NCBI GenBank assembly: GCA_020446905.1
Contig: JAGRDU010000016.1
Span: 5,881-66,113 of the forward strand
Direction of reading: 5' to 3'
Source: Paracoccaceae bacterium
Lineage (GTDB): Bacteria; Pseudomonadota; Alphaproteobacteria; Rhodobacterales; Rhodobacteraceae
DNA: 60,233 bases
In this document: positions 28,931 to 38,315 of the stretch, piece by piece
Layout: every line of letters starts with the position of its first letter
Numbering within the stretch: the stretch's first letter is position 1
Made by a program: the position numbers and the translations under genes
The notes under the pieces: generated by a model
What the model saw: only the letters and a program-made list of their open reading frames with translations
The model's database searches: none
What the model was told of the DNA's origin: nothing

Positions 28931-30532
28931 ATGAGCCAGATCAGCAACAGCCAGCCGCGCGCCGCCCTGTCGCGCGACGCGCTGAACCCTGCGGGGTTCG
29001 GCCTGTTTGTTGCGCTTCTGCTGGCGTCCGTGCCGATCTTCTGGATCGGCTTCGTCTCGCTGGCCAAGGCGTGGTCCACGGCGGAATACAGCCACGGGCC
29101 GCTGATCCCGTTGATCTCGCTCTATCTCTTCATCCGCGAACTCCGCCGGATGCCGGTGCCGGAGCCAGGCGCGAAGACGCGCTGGCCGGGCCCGGCGGTC
29201 ACCTTCGGCGCGCTTCTGGTCGCGCTCATGGGCAACCTCATGCGGGTGCCCGATATCGTGACCTATGCCTTCATCCTTTGGGTCGCGGGCGTCGTCCTGA
29301 CCGTGTTTGGCTGGGACCGCGGACGGCTGCACATGCTGCCGGTCTTTCACCTCGTCTTCATGCTGCCTTTGCCGCAGGTACTCTACTGGAAACTGACGAT
29401 CTTCCTGCAGGGCGTCTCGTCCGAACTGGGCGTCTGGTTCGTGCGCCTCGCCGGCGTTTCGGTCTTCCTCGAAGGCAACGTGATCGATCTTGGCGTCTAC
29501 AAGCTCCAGGTGGCCGAGGCCTGTTCGGGGCTGCGCTACCTCTTCCCGATCCTCTCGTTCTCCTATCTCTTCGCGATCCTCTATCGCGGGCCGTTCTGGC
29601 ACCGGGTGGTACTCCTCCTGTCGGCCGCACCGCTCACCGTCTTCATGAACTCGGTGCGGATCGGCATCATCGGCATCCTTGTCGACCGCTACGGGATCGA
29701 CCAGGCCGAGGGGTTCCTCCACTTCTTTGAGGGCTGGGTCGTCTTCCTCATCTGCGTCGCAATCCTCTTCGGTCTCGCGATGCTCTTGCAGAAGGTTTCG
29801 CCGCGGCCCCTGTCGCTGTCCGAGGCGATCGACCTCGACTTCGAAGGGTTCGGCCCGATCTTCGCCCGGGTGCTCGCGATGACCGCGACCCCGGCGCTTC
29901 TGGCGGCCGTTCTCCTGACTGCCGGCGCCTCGCTGGCCTGGCAGGCGCGCCCGACCGTCTCGGCCGAGGCGCCGGCGCGCGATCCCCTGCTTCTCTATCC
30001 GCGCCGCATCGGCGACTGGCAAAGCTATACTGTCGAGCTTGAGCCTGACATCGAGAAGGTCCTTGCCGCCGACGACTACCTCAACGCCTTCTACGAACAG
30101 CCCGGCGAGCGCAGCGTCGTCAACTTCTTCGTCGCCTATTACAACAAGCAGACCGAGGGTCAGGGCATCCACTCGCCAGAGGTCTGCCTTCCGACCGGCG
30201 GGTGGGAAGTGTTTTCGCTTCAGGAAGTGTCGCTCGACCTGACCGCTGAAGGCTACGGCGCCTTCAAGGCCAACCGTGCCGTCATCCAGAAGGGCCTCTC
30301 GAAGCAGATCGTCTACTACTGGTTCGAGGGGCGCGGGCGGCGCGAGTCGAATGACGTGACCGCCAAGCTCCGCGTCCTGACCGACAGCCTGACCATCGGG
30401 CGCACCGACGGGGCGCTCGTCCGTTACGTGACGCCGATCGAGACGAACGAGTCCGAGGCGGATGCCGAGGCGCGCCTGATGCGCTTCATGCGTCTCAGCC
30501 TCAGGGATCTGCCGCACTACATTCCATTCTGA
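28931..30532 (+). CDS. xrtD: Exosortase D (VPLPA-CTERM-specific) with C-terminal EpsI domain
   Basis: EYSHGPLIP; catalytic [10 protein letters not shown] (Cys), NSVRI (Arg), FLHFFEGW (His); EpsI-like [25 protein letters not shown]; VPLPA-type substrate in the same island. Confidence 0.93.
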   Translation: MSQISNSQPRAALSRDALNPAGFGLFVALLLASVPIFWIGFVSLAKAWSTAEYSHGPLIPLISLYLFIRELRRMPVPEPGAKTRWPGPAVTFGALLVALMGNLMRVPDIVTYAFILWVAGVVLTVFGWDRGRLHMLPVFHLVFMLPLPQVLYWKLTIFLQGVSSELGVWFVRLAGVSVFLEGNVIDLGVYKLQVAEACSGLRYLFPILSFSYLFAILYRGPFWHRVVLLLSAAPLTVFMNSVRIGIIGILVDRYGIDQAEGFLHFFEGWVVFLICVAILFGLAMLLQKVSPRPLSLSEAIDLDFEGFGPIFARVLAMTATPALLAAVLLTAGASLAWQARPTVSAEAPARDPLLLYPRRIGDWQSYTVELEPDIEKVLAADDYLNAFYEQPGERSVVNFFVAYYNKQTEGQGIHSPEVCLPTGGWEVFSLQEVSLDLTAEGYGAFKANRAVIQKGLSKQIVYYWFEGRGRRESNDVTAKLRVLTDSLTIGRTDGALVRYVTPIETNESEADAEARLMRFMRLSLRDLPHYIPF

Positions 30533-30608
30533 CCGGAGGCCCTTGCGTAACCGCCCGGCTCTGGCATGGTGCCGCCATGACGGGGCGCGACACGTGATCG
30601 AAGGCGGG

Positions 30609-31244
30609 ATGGCCGCATTGCGGGGCTTCCGCCTGCCGGCGGCAGTCTGGGCCTTGATCGCGCTGATGATCGCGGTCGAACTGGTCCTGACCGGCGCGGA
30701 CCTGCGGTTTTGGGGTCAGCCCTGGTGGCGCCCCCTCGCCTATCAATATGCGGGGTTCTGGCCGGGCCTCCTGGAAAGCTGGCAACCGAACTACGCCGTA
30801 CAGCCCGCCGCGATGTTCGCAAGCTACGGCTTCCTTCACGCCGGCCTCTGGCACCTCGGCGTCAATGTCCTGACCCTCGCCTTGCTCGCGCCGCCCCTCA
30901 TCGCGCAGATCGGCCGTCGTCCGTTCTACCTGCTCTATGCGCTGTCGCTGCTTGGCGGCGCGATCGGCTATGCGATGCTGACCGCCTCTCCGCAGCCCAT
31001 GGTCGGCTGCTCGGGCGCGCTCTTCGGCCTCGCCGGCGCCTATCTCGCGCTCGACTTCCTGCGCCGCTACGATCTCCACCTGTCGTTGCTGCCGGTGCTC
31101 GCCGCCATCGCAGCGCTCGCCCTCGGCAACGTGCTGACGCTCTGGCTCGAGGACGGGCAACTCGCCTGGCAGGCACACCTCGGCGGATTCGTCACAGGCT
31201 GGATCTTCGGCGTCCTGCCGCTCGGCCGGCGCGCGCCCGCCTGA
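30609..31244 (+). CDS. Rhomboid family intramembrane serine protease
   Basis: YGFLHAGLWHLGVN, MVGCSGALFG (GxSG), WQAHLGG. Confidence 0.88.
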   Translation: MAALRGFRLPAAVWALIALMIAVELVLTGADLRFWGQPWWRPLAYQYAGFWPGLLESWQPNYAVQPAAMFASYGFLHAGLWHLGVNVLTLALLAPPLIAQIGRRPFYLLYALSLLGGAIGYAMLTASPQPMVGCSGALFGLAGAYLALDFLRRYDLHLSLLPVLAAIAALALGNVLTLWLEDGQLAWQAHLGGFVTGWIFGVLPLGRRAPA

Positions 31245-31247
31245 CCC

Positions 31248-32456
31248 CTAGCGCCCCATCTTCGCGAAGATCCTGTCGTAGGCCGCCAGAAGATGCGGCA
31301 CCGAATGCGCCCAGCTGAGGCGCTCCATCACGCGCGCCCGGCCGATCTTGCCCATCTCGCTGCGCTTTTCCGGCGCGTCCATCAGCACGGCGATCTTCGC
31401 GGCGAAGTCCTTGGGATCATTGGCCTTGGCGTAGAGCGAGGCGTCCTCGGCCGAGGCGCGTCCCTCTTTCAGGTCGAACTGCACCACCGGCTTTTCCAGC
31501 GTCATGTATTCCATGACCTTGTTCATGGTGGAGATGTCGTTCATCGCGTTCTTGGGGTCCGGGCTGACGCCGATGTCGCAGGAATTCAGCGCCTTCAGAA
31601 GGTCTTCGCCGTAAAGCGGCCCGGTGAAGGTGAACCAGTCCGACAGGCCCTTGCCCGCGACATCCGCCTCGACGCTCGGCAGTTCCGGCCCGAAACCGAC
31701 GATGATGAAATGCACATCCTTGCGGCCGAGGTCATGGATCAGGTGCTGCGCCGCCTCGACCAGAAGGTCCATCCCCTCCTGCTGCCCGATCACCCCGACA
31801 TAGCCGAGGACGGTTCCTGCGCCCTTGCGCATCGCGGGGTCGGCGGGGCGGATCTCGAACTTCTCGATCTTCGGGGCGGAGCGGACGACGAATACGTCTT
31901 CCGGCGCCATCTTGCCGCGCCGGATCGCAATCTGGCGGAAGCTCTCGTTCGTCGCGATCGAGACCGAGGCAGAGGCAAAGGTCATCCGCTCCCAGACCAG
32001 CATGATCTTGTAGAGGAGGCCCTTCTTGTCGAACTTTGCCTCGAAAAGCTCGGGGCACACGTCGTGGTGATCGAAAAGATATCGAACCCCGCGCGGCCGG
32101 TACCACCAGCCCAGAAGGAAGATCAGGTCGGGCGGGTTGCAGCCATGGATCACGTCGAACCCGCGCTCACGCCGGACCTTCCGGGCCAGCCGGAACCAGT
32201 GCCAGAGCGACCAGAGATACTCCTTGGCATAGGCCACCGCACCCGAATGCGCCTCTTCCGGCTCGGGGTAGCGGTAGATGTGGATGCCCTCGATTTCCTC
32301 GTAATGCTTGTCCCAGCCGCGTCCGGTCGGGCAGATGACGCTGACCTCATAGCCCGCCTGCGTCAGCGAGGTCGCCTCAAGCCAGACGCGCCGGTCGAGC
32401 GGAACGGGCAGGTTTTCGACGACGATCAGAACCCGCCGCGCGCTAGCCTTCGTCAT
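31248..32456 (-). CDS. Glycosyltransferase family 4
   Basis: ENLPVPLDRRVWLEA, CNPPD, DHHDVCPE, NKVMEYM...PVV. Confidence 0.9.
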   Translation of the reverse strand: MTKASARRVLIVVENLPVPLDRRVWLEATSLTQAGYEVSVICPTGRGWDKHYEEIEGIHIYRYPEPEEAHSGAVAYAKEYLWSLWHWFRLARKVRRERGFDVIHGCNPPDLIFLLGWWYRPRGVRYLFDHHDVCPELFEAKFDKKGLLYKIMLVWERMTFASASVSIATNESFRQIAIRRGKMAPEDVFVVRSAPKIEKFEIRPADPAMRKGAGTVLGYVGVIGQQEGMDLLVEAAQHLIHDLGRKDVHFIIVGFGPELPSVEADVAGKGLSDWFTFTGPLYGEDLLKALNSCDIGVSPDPKNAMNDISTMNKVMEYMTLEKPVVQFDLKEGRASAEDASLYAKANDPKDFAAKIAVLMDAPEKRSEMGKIGRARVMERLSWAHSVPHLLAAYDRIFAKMGR

Positions 32457-32544
32457 GCGTCACTCCTGCTTGCCCCCGGCCCGCTGATAGCCGGAAAATG
32501 CTGCGAATGCAAAGGTGAGGCGGCATCGCGGCCGTAGACTGTCG

Positions 32545-33426
32545 TCATTCCACCACCTCGAACTCGGCAATCTCGGTATTCTGAACGGCGCGGAAATTGT
32601 CATCTGAGATCAGCGTGAGGATGCGGCGCCCCCGCCCGTCCTGCCACAGTGCCATGCCTTCCATGTTGTCCATCTCGCCGGGCCTCGTCTCAAGCAGCGT
32701 CTCCGACATGCCAAAACCCGCACCGTCCGAGACAAAGCGCCGGATACGCGTCGAAAACCGTCCGATCAGCGAGACCGACCGTTCCAGAAGATAAAGCCGC
32801 CCCTCCGGATCTACCAGGCAATCGGAAGCTGCATACCCGTCGGCCCCCGGCAAGGTCGGCCCGGCGCTCCAGGCGCCGTCCCGCAGGATCAGTGTCTCGT
32901 AGCCCTCGGGACCGGCCTCTTCCAGCACGACCATCGGCGCCCCGTCGGGCAGCACGGCAATCCCTTCAAACGCCTCGTTGCCCCAGAGATCCTTGAACCG
33001 GTCCCAGGGATGCAGCGGGATCGGCTTGCGGTCCGGCAGGCGCAGTCCGGTCACACGGACGTAGCTTTCGTAGGCGACGTAGAGCGTACCGTCCGGTGCC
33101 TCGGCAAGCCCCTCGGCGTCGCCCGTAAACCCGTCCACTTCCTTCCCAAAATTGTCGACCAGACGCGTCTCGCTTTCGGTCGCGACCGCGGTGATCAGGC
33201 CATCCTCACCCCGCGCGATGCTGGCGCGCACCAGCGTGCCCCGGTCGCTGACCGTCAAGAGCTCCGCCCCGCCCGGATGGACGACAAGGCCTGAATAACC
33301 GCCGAAACTCTCGCGGGCCTCGTCCCAGACATATCGGCCCATCGGCTTCAACTCCCCCGCACCCGCCTGCGCGACCGAGAGCCCGATGAATGCCGCCACG
33401 AGGCTGCTATTTCGACGCGTGGCCAA
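32545..33426 (-). CDS. Esterase-like activity of phytase family protein (secreted), paralogue 1
   Basis: FGGYSGL, VSDRG, DAEGLA, NEAFEG, LYLLER, DNMEGM, ISDDNF; TTG start overlaps the GT2 gene end. Confidence 0.82.
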   Translation of the reverse strand: MATRRNSSLVAAFIGLSVAQAGAGELKPMGRYVWDEARESFGGYSGLVVHPGGAELLTVSDRGTLVRASIARGEDGLITAVATESETRLVDNFGKEVDGFTGDAEGLAEAPDGTLYVAYESYVRVTGLRLPDRKPIPLHPWDRFKDLWGNEAFEGIAVLPDGAPMVVLEEAGPEGYETLILRDGAWSAGPTLPGADGYAASDCLVDPEGRLYLLERSVSLIGRFSTRIRRFVSDGAGFGMSETLLETRPGEMDNMEGMALWQDGRGRRILTLISDDNFRAVQNTEIAEFEVVE

Positions 33427-34429
33427 AGGCGATCTTCTGCGCTTCGGGTGACAGACGCGACCGCACCTCGTCCGGCGCGCTCAACCCCCACACCGCCCGG
33501 AGCAGCGTCACCGCCTGCGGCCAGGCCCCCTTCAGCATGAGTTGCCCGGCCTTCGCGGTCGCATAGACCATGGCGACAGGCAGGCCCACGGGATTGAAGC
33601 GGCGCACGAACATCATGCGCGCGCGATACTTGAACCAGAACGAGAAGGGCGAGGCGAGCCGCTCGAGCGTCGGCGAGCCGATCGCGGTGCCGGCATGGTG
33701 ATAGACCCTGAGATCCGGCGCGATGGCCAGCGGCATGTCGCCCCGCCGCATCGCCCAATCCGCCTCCTCGTAATAGAGGAAATAATCCTCCTTCATCGGC
33801 CCGACCCGATCATAGAAGGCGCGCGAGGCGATCATGCTCGCCCCCGTGACAAAGTCGATCTCCGAGGCCGCGGGCATCACCGCCTCGGCGGCCGGGCGGC
33901 CGAGGTTCACGTTCCCCGAAACGCCGGTCCAGAAGTTCATGGTGCCGCCGTCGATCTGAACGCGGTAGGGCGGCTCGGCATAGCAGACGCGCCCCCCCAT
34001 GATGCCGTAGCCGGGCACCCGCGCGGCTTCGTCCAGGATCGCGCGGCAGGCAGCCGGGTCCGCGAAGGCGTCGGGGTTCAGGACCCAGAGGTGCCGCGTC
34101 TCGGACTGCGCGGCGGCCAGCGCGAGGCCGACATTCACGCCGCCCGCAAACCCCCGGTTCGCGCCCGAATGGACCAGGCTTACGGTCCCCGCCTCGGCCC
34201 GCGACGGCCGGGCGCCTGCCTCGAACTCGCGCAGATCGACACCCTTCTGGGCCGCCCAGCGCCTGAGATCGGCGACCGTATCATCGGGCGAGGCATTGTC
34301 CACGACGACAATGGCGGGCGCGCCGCCCTCCTGCGCCAGAAGACTCTCGACACAGCCTAGGATCACGTCCGCCGAGTGGAACGCGACCACGATCACGCTG
34401 ATGGACTGGTTGGTATCCTGCATCTTCAT
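33407..34429 (-). CDS. Glycosyltransferase family 2
   Basis: VVVDNASPD, NRGFAGGVN, VLNPD, FVTGAS, YFLYYEEADW. Confidence 0.9.
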   Translation of the reverse strand: MKMQDTNQSISVIVVAFHSADVILGCVESLLAQEGGAPAIVVVDNASPDDTVADLRRWAAQKGVDLREFEAGARPSRAEAGTVSLVHSGANRGFAGGVNVGLALAAAQSETRHLWVLNPDAFADPAACRAILDEAARVPGYGIMGGRVCYAEPPYRVQIDGGTMNFWTGVSGNVNLGRPAAEAVMPAASEIDFVTGASMIASRAFYDRVGPMKEDYFLYYEEADWAMRRGDMPLAIAPDLRVYHHAGTAIGSPTLERLASPFSFWFKYRARMMFVRRFNPVGLPVAMVYATAKAGQLMLKGAWPQAVTLLRAVWGLSAPDEVRSRLSPEAQKIAFGHASK

Positions 34430-34505
34430 TCGTGTTCTTGACTGCTTTGCCGCCGCATAGCCGGCGAAAATGGTGGCAATGGGGCGCGAAGCGTCCCGAG
34501 CCGTG

Positions 34506-35912
34506 TCACGGCGCGAACCGCTTGAAAATATAGCCCCTGAGGGCGGTCATGGAACCGAGCGTCGCAAGGCATAGCGCCACGACAGCCCAGCGCGTCCAGC
34601 CGAGGTTGCCGAGAAGGTCAGCCACCTGCGGTGACCAGAGCGATTCGAGGAAAGCGCCGCCACTCGCCGCCGCGGCCAGCGCCGAGGGCAGCACGAGGGG
34701 GCCAAGTCTCAGACCGGCGCGCCGTCCCGTCAGCCAGAGAGAGACAAGATAGGCCAGCGCTTCGACGGCAAAGGCGATCCCCAGCACGACCATGATGTCT
34801 CCCGTCCGGATCAGCGCCGCCCAGGCGATCGGCAGGGACAGCACTCGGATCGCGTTCGAGATCGGCGCAATCCCCGGCTTCTCCTTGGCCAGCGAGACGT
34901 TCGACGGCCCGGTCTTGGCCACGCGCACCGCCTGAACCGCCGCCATCGGCACCAGAAGCGCTAGCATCCCCGCGTATTTCGGCCCCAGAAGCACCGTCAC
35001 CACGGGCCCGCCGACCAGCACCGTCCCGATCAGCAGAACCATCCCGATTGCCAGCCCCGCCTCGATGTAGGCGGCCCCCATGCGCTGGAACTGCGCGTCG
35101 TTCTCGCGCAACGCGCTGAGGCGCGGCAGGAACAGCGACTGTATCTGCCGGTCGAAGACCAGCGTCGGCGTCAGGGTCAACGTCATCGCCATCGAGAAGA
35201 CGGCAAGCGGCGCCATCCCCAGCTCGCGGCCCACGATCAGGCGTTCGCCGTTGAACACGCCGAAGAGAAGCGCGCCGTTCAGAAGAAGCGGCCAGCCGAA
35301 AAACGTGGCCCGCCGCACCAGCGGGAAATCCCAGGACAGGCGGTAGGGGCGCTCGGCCATGACATGCGAGAGGACCACCGTCGCGACCGCCTGAACGATC
35401 AGCGAGACGAGCATGATCCGGTAGTCGCCATACATCAGCGCCAGCGGCCAGAGCACGAGGACCGCGATCAGGGGCGGGATTGCCTGGGTGACGATCCAGG
35501 GCCGGAAGATCGCGTGCCGCTTCAGCCGGTGCATGTCGAAATGCTGCAGGCTGTTGATGAACGGAATCGCCGCGATGACCTGAAAGGCCCAGGCGACATG
35601 TTCGATGCCCAGAAACCGCGCATAGGGTACAGAAATCGCGAAGAGGACCGCGCTGGACATGACCCCACGAAGGACCTGAAATCCCTGCAGAACCTTCTGC
35701 ATCTGCGGCGCGTCGCCGTCCTTGTCGACGACGATCATCAGGTTGAGGCCAAGGTAAGACAGCATCTCGACGATCGACATGGCGACCGCGAAGGTCGAGG
35801 CGATGCCGTAATCCTCGGGGCTGACCAGCCGCGCGACGATGAGGTTCCGCAAGAGCAGAAGGGCCGAGCCGAAGGCATCGCCCGAGACGAGCATGAAGGC
35901 TTTCTTCAGCAT
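34506..35912 (-). CDS. Oligosaccharide flippase (Wzx family)
   Basis: Many TM segments, IVARLVSPEDYG; ATG at 35912 preferred to the ORF-track start at 36056. Confidence 0.85.
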   Translation of the reverse strand: MLKKAFMLVSGDAFGSALLLLRNLIVARLVSPEDYGIASTFAVAMSIVEMLSYLGLNLMIVVDKDGDAPQMQKVLQGFQVLRGVMSSAVLFAISVPYARFLGIEHVAWAFQVIAAIPFINSLQHFDMHRLKRHAIFRPWIVTQAIPPLIAVLVLWPLALMYGDYRIMLVSLIVQAVATVVLSHVMAERPYRLSWDFPLVRRATFFGWPLLLNGALLFGVFNGERLIVGRELGMAPLAVFSMAMTLTLTPTLVFDRQIQSLFLPRLSALRENDAQFQRMGAAYIEAGLAIGMVLLIGTVLVGGPVVTVLLGPKYAGMLALLVPMAAVQAVRVAKTGPSNVSLAKEKPGIAPISNAIRVLSLPIAWAALIRTGDIMVVLGIAFAVEALAYLVSLWLTGRRAGLRLGPLVLPSALAAAASGGAFLESLWSPQVADLLGNLGWTRWAVVALCLATLGSMTALRGYIFKRFAP

Positions 35913-36163
35913 GCCTGACTTCTCGACCTCAAGGCTCCGATCTGGCCGCACCCTTGCCCTGTTGCGATGCACGCCGGTCCGCCCGTTCGGGGCTTCGTAT
36001 CGCTGCAAACGCCCGCGATTTCTAGCCCCGAGAGCGGTTGGCGGCATGTATTTCAAGGAATCCAGTCATTTGCCAAACCAAAGTTTGAGGCTCGGCGACC
36101 ACTCGCCGATCGGATCTGCGATCAGTCGCCGCGTCGCTGGAGGATTGTTCGGAACCGCGGGCG

Positions 36164-36586
36164 TCAGTCCGTGTCCTCGACACGCCCCCGCAACGCCTTG
36201 ACCGCGCCCCGCTCGGCCTTGGCCTTCAGGCGCCGGCGTTCGCTTCCAAGCGTCGGCTTGGTGGCGACCCGCCGCTTCGGCGCGACCAGTGCGGCACGGA
36301 TCAGCTCCGCCAGCCGCTCGCGCGCGATCTCGCGGTTGCGCGCCTGGCTGCGGGTTTCCTCGGCGCGGATCACGATGGCACCGTCCAGCGTCCAGCGCCG
36401 CCCGGCCAGACGCTTCAGCCGCGCCTTCACCGCCGGCGAAAGATGCGGGCTGCGCGCCGCCTCAAACCTGAGCTCGACGGCGGTCGAGACCTTGTTCACG
36501 TTCTGCCCGCCGGGCCCCGATGCGCGCGAAAAGCTCTCGGTCATCTCCCAGTCGGCGATCGCAATGGTGTCGGTTATGCGCAACAT
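36164..36586 (-). CDS. arfB: Alternative ribosome-rescue peptidyl-tRNA hydrolase
   Basis: RASGPGGQNVNKVSTAVELRF, RSQARNR, basic tail RVATKPT...K. Confidence 0.95.
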   Translation of the reverse strand: MLRITDTIAIADWEMTESFSRASGPGGQNVNKVSTAVELRFEAARSPHLSPAVKARLKRLAGRRWTLDGAIVIRAEETRSQARNREIARERLAELIRAALVAPKRRVATKPTLGSERRRLKAKAERGAVKALRGRVEDTD

Positions 36587-36867
36587 GGCCGACACTTAGG
36601 CCCGCCGATGCGGCCTTGTCCACGACCGAACGCTTGACATACCGCCCCGGATGCCCCATGTGCCCCTCATGCTGCGCTGCCGCGTGAGACAGCCGCACCC
36701 CCGAGGGGTGCACCAGCACCCTCCTCCGGTTCCCCATCACGCAGGGTTCTGACGGCAGGCCAACCGGTGCGATCCGCGCCCCGGGGATTGTGGTCCGCCC
36801 GCCCTCGTCCGCCGCCAAGATGCGGCTCAAACCACCTTCGCGCCCGCCGCGAAGCGAAAGGATAAAT

Positions 36868-38136
36868 TTGTTCGACTTCGACATGCTCGGCCTCGCGCCG
36901 GCCCTGACCGACGCCCTGAAGCGCGCCGGCCTTACCCAACCGACCCCGATCCAGAACCAGGCGATCCCGCTGGCGATGGAGGGGCATGACATCCTCGGCC
37001 TCGCCCAGACCGGCACCGGCAAGACGCTGGCCTTCGGCCTGCCGCTGGTCGATCACCTACTTGCACAGCCGGGCAAGCCCGCGCCGAAGACCGCCAAGGC
37101 CCTGATCCTCGCCCCGACCCGCGAACTGGTGAACCAGATCGCCGAGAACCTCCGGATGCTGACCAACGGCACCCGTATCAAGGTCGCCACCGTGGTCGGC
37201 GGCCAGTCGATCGGCAAGCAGATCGTTCACCTCTCGCGCGGGACCGACATCCTTGTCGCAACCCCGGGCCGGCTCATCGACTTGATGGACCGCGGCGCGG
37301 TGATCCTGTCGACCGTGCGCCACCTCGTCCTCGACGAGGCCGACCAGATGCTCGACCTCGGCTTCATCCATGCGCTTCGCAAGATCGCGCCGAAGCTCGG
37401 CACGCCGCGCCAGACCATGCTCTTCTCGGCCACCATGCCGAAGCAGATGGAGGAGCTTTCCGCCGCGTATCTGACGAACCCGCGCCGGGTGCAGGTCGCC
37501 CCGCCGGGCAAGGCCGCCGACAAGGTCACCCAGTCGGTGATCTTCCTCGACAAGGCCGCCAAGCCCGAACGCCTGCGCCAGATCCTGTCGGCCGATCTCG
37601 CTGCGCTGACGCTCGTCTTCTCGCGCACCAAGCATGGCGCCGAGAAGCTGATGAACGGCCTTGTCGCAGACGGCTTCAACGCCGCGTCGATTCACGGCAA
37701 CAAGAGCCAGGGCCAGCGGGACCGCGCCATCAAGGCGTTCCGCGACGGCGAGGTGACGGTGCTGGTCGCCACCGACGTTGCGGCGCGCGGCATCGACATT
37801 CCGGGTGTCGCCTATGTGGTCAACTACGATCTGCCCGAAGTGCCGGACAACTACGTCCACCGCATCGGCCGCACCGCCCGTGCCGGGCGCGAGGGCGAGG
37901 CGATCGCATTCTGCGCGCCGGAGGAGGCGGACCTTCTCCAGCAGATCGAAAAGCTGATGAAGATCGAGATTCCGGTTGCCGGCGGCACCCGGCCCTCCCG
38001 CCCCGGCCAAAGGCCAGCCGCCCCCCGCAAGGGACCTAACCAGCGACGCGGGCAGAAGCCTGCGCAGGCGGCCAATGCCGACGCCGCGCCGGGCGCAGCG
38101 AAACGGCGCCGGCCGCGCCGCCGCCGAGCGGCCTGA
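36868..38136 (+). CDS. rhlE: DEAD-box RNA helicase (RhlE-like)
   Basis: PTPIQ, AQTGTGKT, PTREL, TPGR, DEAD, SAT, ARGID, HRIGRTAR; TTG start after AAGGA RBS. Confidence 0.9.
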   Translation: MFDFDMLGLAPALTDALKRAGLTQPTPIQNQAIPLAMEGHDILGLAQTGTGKTLAFGLPLVDHLLAQPGKPAPKTAKALILAPTRELVNQIAENLRMLTNGTRIKVATVVGGQSIGKQIVHLSRGTDILVATPGRLIDLMDRGAVILSTVRHLVLDEADQMLDLGFIHALRKIAPKLGTPRQTMLFSATMPKQMEELSAAYLTNPRRVQVAPPGKAADKVTQSVIFLDKAAKPERLRQILSADLAALTLVFSRTKHGAEKLMNGLVADGFNAASIHGNKSQGQRDRAIKAFRDGEVTVLVATDVAARGIDIPGVAYVVNYDLPEVPDNYVHRIGRTARAGREGEAIAFCAPEEADLLQQIEKLMKIEIPVAGGTRPSRPGQRPAAPRKGPNQRRGQKPAQAANADAAPGAAKRRRPRRRRAA

Positions 38137-38151
38137 GACCTGAAAATGGTA

Positions 38152-38177
38152 AGGGCCGTTCCGTCCGGAACGGCCCT
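38152..38177. terminator. Terminator hairpin shared by rhlE and the convergent RNA
   Basis: AGGGCCGTTCC-gtcc-GGAACGGCCCT. Confidence 0.75.
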
Positions 38178-38258
38178 CCGAGATCTACGGAGATGGGCCA
38201 GTTAGGGTGTCGAAGATCGACTAGGCCCAGTCAGGGTTCTTAACCCTCGGGGTTGCCC

Positions 38259-38315
38259 TTAGGCCACGGCCCCCCTGACTGTCCCGACACCTCTCTCCAA
38301 TATCACTCTAGACAC
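38259..38315 (-). CDS. Putative 18-aa small ORF MSRVILERGVGTVRGAVA
   Basis: GTG start 7 nt after GGAGG within AGAAAGGAGGTGATCCAG; TAA stop at 38259-38261. Confidence 0.4.
   Translation of the reverse strand: MSRVILERGVGTVRGAVA

Noticed and set aside
27383-30517. 1044-aa antisense ORF, and similar long ORFs at 4800-6962, 13184-15373, 24393-26531, 43259-45661 and 55803-57308
   Set aside because: Shadow ORFs of high-GC coding genes: Arg/Gly/Ala-rich, no motifs, and overlapping well-supported genes
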